Shown here piece after piece: positions 25,784-29,656 of a DNA stretch of 29,656 nt. The stretch lies in the NCBI GenBank assembly GCA_937895305.1, contig CALAXS010000130.1:1-29656 (forward strand). The letters run 5' to 3'. Made by a program: the position numbers and the translations under genes. Under the pieces are notes generated by a model, which made no database searches, was not told where the DNA came from, and saw nothing but the letters and a program-made list of their open reading frames with translations. This DNA comes from an uncultured bacterium (GTDB taxonomy: Bacteria > Hydrogenedentota > Hydrogenedentia > Hydrogenedentales > JAEUWI01). Every line of letters begins with the position of its first letter. The stretch's first letter is position 1.

Positions 25784-27499
25784 ATGAAACGGGTACATAT
25801 TCGTCTTATGCAACCAGATATAAATCAGACTTCCATCAAAAAATATATTTCAACAGCCCTGTTGTTTCTCATGCTCGGCATGAGCCTGCTCTTTTTCCTC
25901 AGCCCGAAGCAGGCGCGGAACCTCTTTTCAGGCTGGTTCAGCTCGGGGGGTAGCGGTACGCTGGTCTTGGGCACGGCTTCCAAGTCAGGGGCCTATTATC
26001 AGCTGGGTGATGCCCTGCGAAGCGAGCTCATGGCGCGGAGTAAATATACGATTGAGGTGTTGGAGACTGCCGGGTCGGTGGCGAATCTGGAAGCTCTGGC
26101 CCAGGGCAAGTGCGACGTGGCACTCATCCAATCGGGGCTGAGTGCTGATCTCAGTGAGTATGCGGCATTGGCAAAGGTGGGGCGTCAGTATGTGCACCTC
26201 ATCGTACCCAAAGACAGCGATATTAAATCCTTCCGTGACCTGGCCGGGAAACGGGTTGGCCTGGGGTCAAAGGAAAGTGGTTTTGCCAATCTGGGCCAGC
26301 GTGTTTTTGATTTTTTTGATTTTACACCAGCACCGGAACTGATTTATGACCATCGTGCCAATCTGGAAGAAGCCTTTCTGGATGGCGAAATCGATGCCGC
26401 TTTTACGGTTTATGGCCTCTTTACCCCTGCGGTAGAGGAGTTGCTCCATTCGGGGTGGTACACCCTCTTGCCGATTCCAGAATCCGCAGCATTGGCCCGT
26501 TACCTCCCCGGAACCCACGAGGAAATCCTGCCCCACAGTCTCTATGGCCCCGACCGCAACATTCCCCGCTCCGACAACAACAACTTTCTGACACTGGCGG
26601 TGGATACGTTGCTGGTGGCGCGTAACGATACAGCGGCCCAGGCGGTAACAGCCTTGCTGGGTGCCTTGTATGAAGCACCTTACCCGCGTGAAGCACGACT
26701 CAATTCGCTCACGGAAGCAGAGGGGCAGCAGGTGTATTCACTGCCCTTGCATGAAGCTGCAAAAAAATTCTATGCGCGCAAAGCACCCTTGACCTCAGAC
26801 CATTTTGAGATTGCGTCTTTCTTTCTTGCGGGCATGCTCTTTCTCGCCAGTGTGACCCATTACCTCCTGGAGCGGCGCAAGCGAAATCACCTGGAGCGGC
26901 AACGCCGGGCTATCGTGCCCTATTTCAATGAGCTACTGGAATATGGCCAACGCATGAAAAGCACAGAACAAACCGAAACGCTCATGCAATTGACCCATGA
27001 AATGATGGCAACACAGCATAAAGCGGAAGAACAATGGCTCGCAGGGGTACTCAATACAGAGCACATGGAAAACCTCTATGCGGTCTATAACATCCGCATT
27101 CGTAATGCCTTCAGCAAAATCACCAAACTACAACTCCAGCACCTCGGTGGGGAGTCTCCCCTTTCCAATACCAGCAAGCCCCCCACACACCACGATACCC
27201 CATGGCCTCCCTCACCAGAAGAGGTTACCCTGGAAACGGAGACCGTGCCCGAGCCCACCCTGCGCGAAACCGGACGGCATCCGTTGGTGCAGGCCCCGGT
27301 GAGCGAAGAATCCCATGAAGAAATGGTGTCCATTACCGATGTGGAAGGCATTGGGAGGGTACGCATCCGCCGTAAAATTACGCCAACACCGACAGAACCC
27401 GAAGTGGGGGAGGAGGAAGTCCTCCCGTCCGAGCCCCAAGTCGAAGAGAATGACGATGACGATGACAAAAACAAACCACAACTGGATCTATTCAGTTAA
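25784..27499 (+). CDS. TAXI-family solute-binding protein with two TM helices, a cytoplasmic helical domain and an acidic tail
   Basis: TM1 (ISTALLFLMLGMSLLFFL); TAXI motifs GTASKSGAYYQLG, TAGSVANL..L..G..DVALIQ, IKSFRDLAGKRV.LG...SG, LHEAAKKFY; TM2 (FFLAGMLFLASV); tail ..DDDDDKNKPQLDLFS. Start uncertain (25757, 25784 or 25808); 25757 sits inside a TG-n-TATGAT extended -10. Confidence 0.85.
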   Translation: MKRVHIRLMQPDINQTSIKKYISTALLFLMLGMSLLFFLSPKQARNLFSGWFSSGGSGTLVLGTASKSGAYYQLGDALRSELMARSKYTIEVLETAGSVANLEALAQGKCDVALIQSGLSADLSEYAALAKVGRQYVHLIVPKDSDIKSFRDLAGKRVGLGSKESGFANLGQRVFDFFDFTPAPELIYDHRANLEEAFLDGEIDAAFTVYGLFTPAVEELLHSGWYTLLPIPESAALARYLPGTHEEILPHSLYGPDRNIPRSDNNNFLTLAVDTLLVARNDTAAQAVTALLGALYEAPYPREARLNSLTEAEGQQVYSLPLHEAAKKFYARKAPLTSDHFEIASFFLAGMLFLASVTHYLLERRKRNHLERQRRAIVPYFNELLEYGQRMKSTEQTETLMQLTHEMMATQHKAEEQWLAGVLNTEHMENLYAVYNIRIRNAFSKITKLQLQHLGGESPLSNTSKPPTHHDTPWPPSPEEVTLETETVPEPTLRETGRHPLVQAPVSEESHEEMVSITDVEGIGRVRIRRKITPTPTEPEVGEEEVLPSEPQVEENDDDDDKNKPQLDLFS

Positions 27500-27516
27500 T
27501 TCAGGAGCATTTACAC

Positions 27517-28500
27517 ATGCGTGCATGGCGATTTCACGAATTTGGAGCTATAGAAAATCTTGTCCTGGAGGAAGTAGGTATACCCGTTCCCAATAAAGAC
27601 GAGGTATTGCTGAAGCTGAACTTTGCTGCGTTGAACCCGGCCGACCACTTTTTGATCAAGGGACAATATCCACGCCCCGGTACACCGCCCTTTTCCGTGG
27701 GACGGGACGGCTGCGGCACAGTGGTGGAAGCCCCGGCAGACAGCCGTTTTTTTATTGGTGATAAAGTCATCGTTCTGCGTAGTGATCTGGGTGTGTCGCG
27801 CTCGGGCACCCTCGCTGAATACGTTTGTTGCCCGGAGGAATCTCTGGCCCCACTTCCCGGCGGATGGCGTGATGAAGAAGGTGCAGCAGGCCCTCTGGTT
27901 TTTCTCACCGCCTGGCAGGCACTCGTCGACCGGGGCCGACTCAAGGCGGGTGAGACCGTCCTTATCAATGGCGCATCGGGTGGTGTGGGAAGTGCCGCCA
28001 TTCTTCTGGCTAAGGCCCTCGGTGCCAAGGTGGTGGCTTTGTCCGGTTCAGAAAAAAAATGGCCTTCACTGCACGATTTGGGTGCAGACATGGTAGTGGA
28101 TTCCCGGTCGAAACATCTGGAGCAAGAAGTGAAGGGCGCACTGGGTGGCGGTCGTGTTGACCTGGTCATCGAAAATCTCGGCGGGCCTTTTCTCCAAAAA
28201 TCAATCAACCTTGTTAGTGTGAATGGACGCATTTGCGTCATCGGACTCCTCGCCGGATTCCAATCCGAGATCACCGTTGGTCATCTGATTTTTAAATGCA
28301 TCGAGATCCACGGCCTGAATGTAGGGGCCTATACCGCTGCTGAATCACAAATGGCGTGGAAGAAAATCGTTGCGGCACTGGATGATGCGAAACAGCGCCC
28401 AATCATCGATTCCAAATTCCCGCTGGGCAAGGTGCAAGAAGCTTTCGCCAAACTGGGTGAAGGCCCCCTGGGTAAAGTCGTCATCAACTGCCAGGGCTAA
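27517..28500 (+). CDS. NADPH:quinone oxidoreductase-like MDR-family dehydrogenase
   Basis: AALNPAD..G.YP..P..GRDGCG, FLTAWQAL, GETVLINGASGGVGSAAILLAKALGA, D.VIENLGG, GKVVI. No Zn-binding Cys set. Confidence 0.92.
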   Translation: MRAWRFHEFGAIENLVLEEVGIPVPNKDEVLLKLNFAALNPADHFLIKGQYPRPGTPPFSVGRDGCGTVVEAPADSRFFIGDKVIVLRSDLGVSRSGTLAEYVCCPEESLAPLPGGWRDEEGAAGPLVFLTAWQALVDRGRLKAGETVLINGASGGVGSAAILLAKALGAKVVALSGSEKKWPSLHDLGADMVVDSRSKHLEQEVKGALGGGRVDLVIENLGGPFLQKSINLVSVNGRICVIGLLAGFQSEITVGHLIFKCIEIHGLNVGAYTAAESQMAWKKIVAALDDAKQRPIIDSKFPLGKVQEAFAKLGEGPLGKVVINCQG

Positions 28501-28539
28501 GACTTGTTAAGGTTGGGAGGCATAGCTTCCACACTGATA

Positions 28540-28589
28540 GCCGTTGCGAGCAAGTGATTATCGTCGGCAGGGCCTCCGCGCAATGACGC
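28540..28589. repeat. Degenerate TTGCGAG...GCAATGACG-type REP remnant
   Basis: CCGTTGCGAGCAAGTGATTATCGTCGGCAGGGCCTCCGCGCAATGACG ends in the reverse complement of CGTCATTGCG, a CGTC-tagged head. Confidence 0.45.
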
Positions 28590-28615
28590 GTAAGTAAAAA
28601 ACACACCTCTGCACT

Positions 28616-28667
28616 TGTCATTCCCAACTTGATTGGGAATCCCCCCAACGGTATCCCAGCTACCAGA
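28616..28667 (+). repeat. Composite REP-like element, 5' part
   Basis: TGTCATTCCCAACTTGATTGGGAATCCCCCCAACGGTATCCCAGC is nearly identical to the heads at 10723 and 10902 and to the inverted copy ending at 5146. It lies between convergent genes. Confidence 0.9.
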
Positions 28668-28710
28668 CGAAGCACAATACCCACAGTCAAATTACAGGCT
28701 GGGTAAGTCA

Positions 28711-29403
28711 CTAGCGATTCGTCACGATTCCTTCGTGCATCTGAACCCAGCGATCCGCTCGTTGGGCCAACTGCTCATCATGGGTCACCATCACCAGCGT
28801 CATGCCCTCTTCCTTATTGAGATTCAGAAGTAATTCAACAATGCTGTTGCCTGTACTTTCGTCAAGGTTCCCTGTAGGCTCATCACTCAGAATTACACCG
28901 GGCTCGTTGAATAAGGCACGGGCAATGGCGACGCGTTGTTGTTCGCCACCACTCAACTGACCCGGTTTATGGGTCATGCGATCCGTCAGCCCTACCTTCT
29001 CGATGAGGTATTCTGCCCGTTCCATACAACTGCTTTTCCGCTTTCCCTGTGCCAACGCAGGCATCATCACATTTTCCAGTGCCGTAAATTCCGGGAGAAG
29101 GTGGTAAAACTGAAAAACGAAACCAATCTCTTCGTTGCGAATACGGTTTATCTCCGTCTTGGCCATGGCCGATAGCGCGGTGCCCCCAAAGAGGATGTCC
29201 CCCGCGTTCGGGTCGTCCAGAGTACCCATAAGATGAAGTAAGGTGCTTTTCCCTGCGCCACTGGAACCACTGATGGCCAGAATTTCACCTGCGCGCACTT
29301 CAAGATCTACGCCATTGAGGATGTCCAGTCGGCGATCACCATCATGATAATGCTTGTGTATATTCCGACATTCCAGTACGGGCGTTTTATTGTCGCTATT
29401 CAT
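28711..29403 (-). CDS. lolD: Lipoprotein-releasing ABC transporter ATP-binding protein
   Basis: Walker A GSSGAGKS, IGFVFQFYHLLPEFTALENVMMP, LSGGEQQRVAIARAL, DEPTGNLD, VTHD. ATG 29403 overlaps the upstream stop (ATGAATAG). Confidence 0.93.
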   Translation of the reverse strand: MNSDNKTPVLECRNIHKHYHDGDRRLDILNGVDLEVRAGEILAISGSSGAGKSTLLHLMGTLDDPNAGDILFGGTALSAMAKTEINRIRNEEIGFVFQFYHLLPEFTALENVMMPALAQGKRKSSCMERAEYLIEKVGLTDRMTHKPGQLSGGEQQRVAIARALFNEPGVILSDEPTGNLDESTGNSIVELLLNLNKEEGMTLVMVTHDEQLAQRADRWVQMHEGIVTNR

Positions 29404-29656
29404 AACGCAATGCATCCACCGGGTTCAATCGTGAAGCACTCCACGCGGGGTACAAGGTAGAAATAAACGTGAGCAGTATAGAACAGATGGTAATGACCAC
29501 CACGTCATAGGGCTGTACCGCCACCGGAATTCGGTCGAAGTAATAAATCTGGCTGTTGAACAGATCAACGCCGAATAAGCTCGCGAGGAATTCTGCGATA
29601 GGGTTCAGGTAGGTACTGAAAAGCGTACCCCCCACAACGCCGAGGAAGGTTCCCCC
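29396..29656 (-). CDS. LolC/LolE-family lipoprotein-releasing permease, C-terminal part (runs off the window)
   Basis: LFNSQIYYFDRIPV...TFISTLYPAWSASRLNPVDALRYE is the typical LolC/E C-terminus. It is coupled to lolD. Confidence 0.92.
   Translation of the reverse strand, partial: GGTFLGVVGGTLFSTYLNPIAEFLASLFGVDLFNSQIYYFDRIPVAVQPYDVVVITICSILLTFISTLYPAWSASRLNPVDALRYE

Noticed and set aside
13725-27499. Functional link between the dynamin pair and the QLDLF clamp motif, by analogy to E. coli CrfC
   Set aside because: The genes are about 9 kb apart in different operons, and no clamp motif was seen in the GTPases.

Overview
A 29.7-kb chromosomal segment of a diderm bacterium (LolD and LolC/E are present). 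The many exported FG-GAP, PKD and Ca-binding-repeat proteins suggest a PVC/Hydrogenedentes-like lineage, but that is unverified inference. The left end holds a CGTC-type REP palindrome and a dead IS1380-family element. That element has a nonsense codon and a microhomology-type internal deletion, yet keeps an outward-facing promoter pointing at a DUF3237-like gene. The rest is mostly housekeeping and envelope genes: oppC-like permease, TPR protein, nagB, cyclase, YkgJ-type Cys-cluster protein, LysM/M23 peptidase, HEAT/YbjN-like protein, YyaL/SPATA20-like protein, FG-GAP protein, PKD lipoprotein with a tandem pair of dynamin-like GTPases, a 1095-aa surface protein, ogt, degenerate retropepsin-PDZ and GH36-like proteins, ispE, crotonase, TAXI-like protein, NADPH:quinone oxidoreductase, lolD and partial lolC/E. 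A family of composite REP/BIME-like palindromic repeats sits mainly between convergent genes. Best leads: (1) the PKD-lipoprotein/dual dynamin-like GTPase operon; (2) a two-TM TAXI-like receptor ending in a beta-clamp-type QLDLF motif; (3) a sigma54-driven, signal-peptide-less LysM/M23 hydrolase beside a secretion-chaperone-like protein; (4) the IS1380 relic retained as a possible promoter donor. Family assignments come from motif recognition by eye; no database searches were run. No CRISPR array, rRNA or tRNA was seen.
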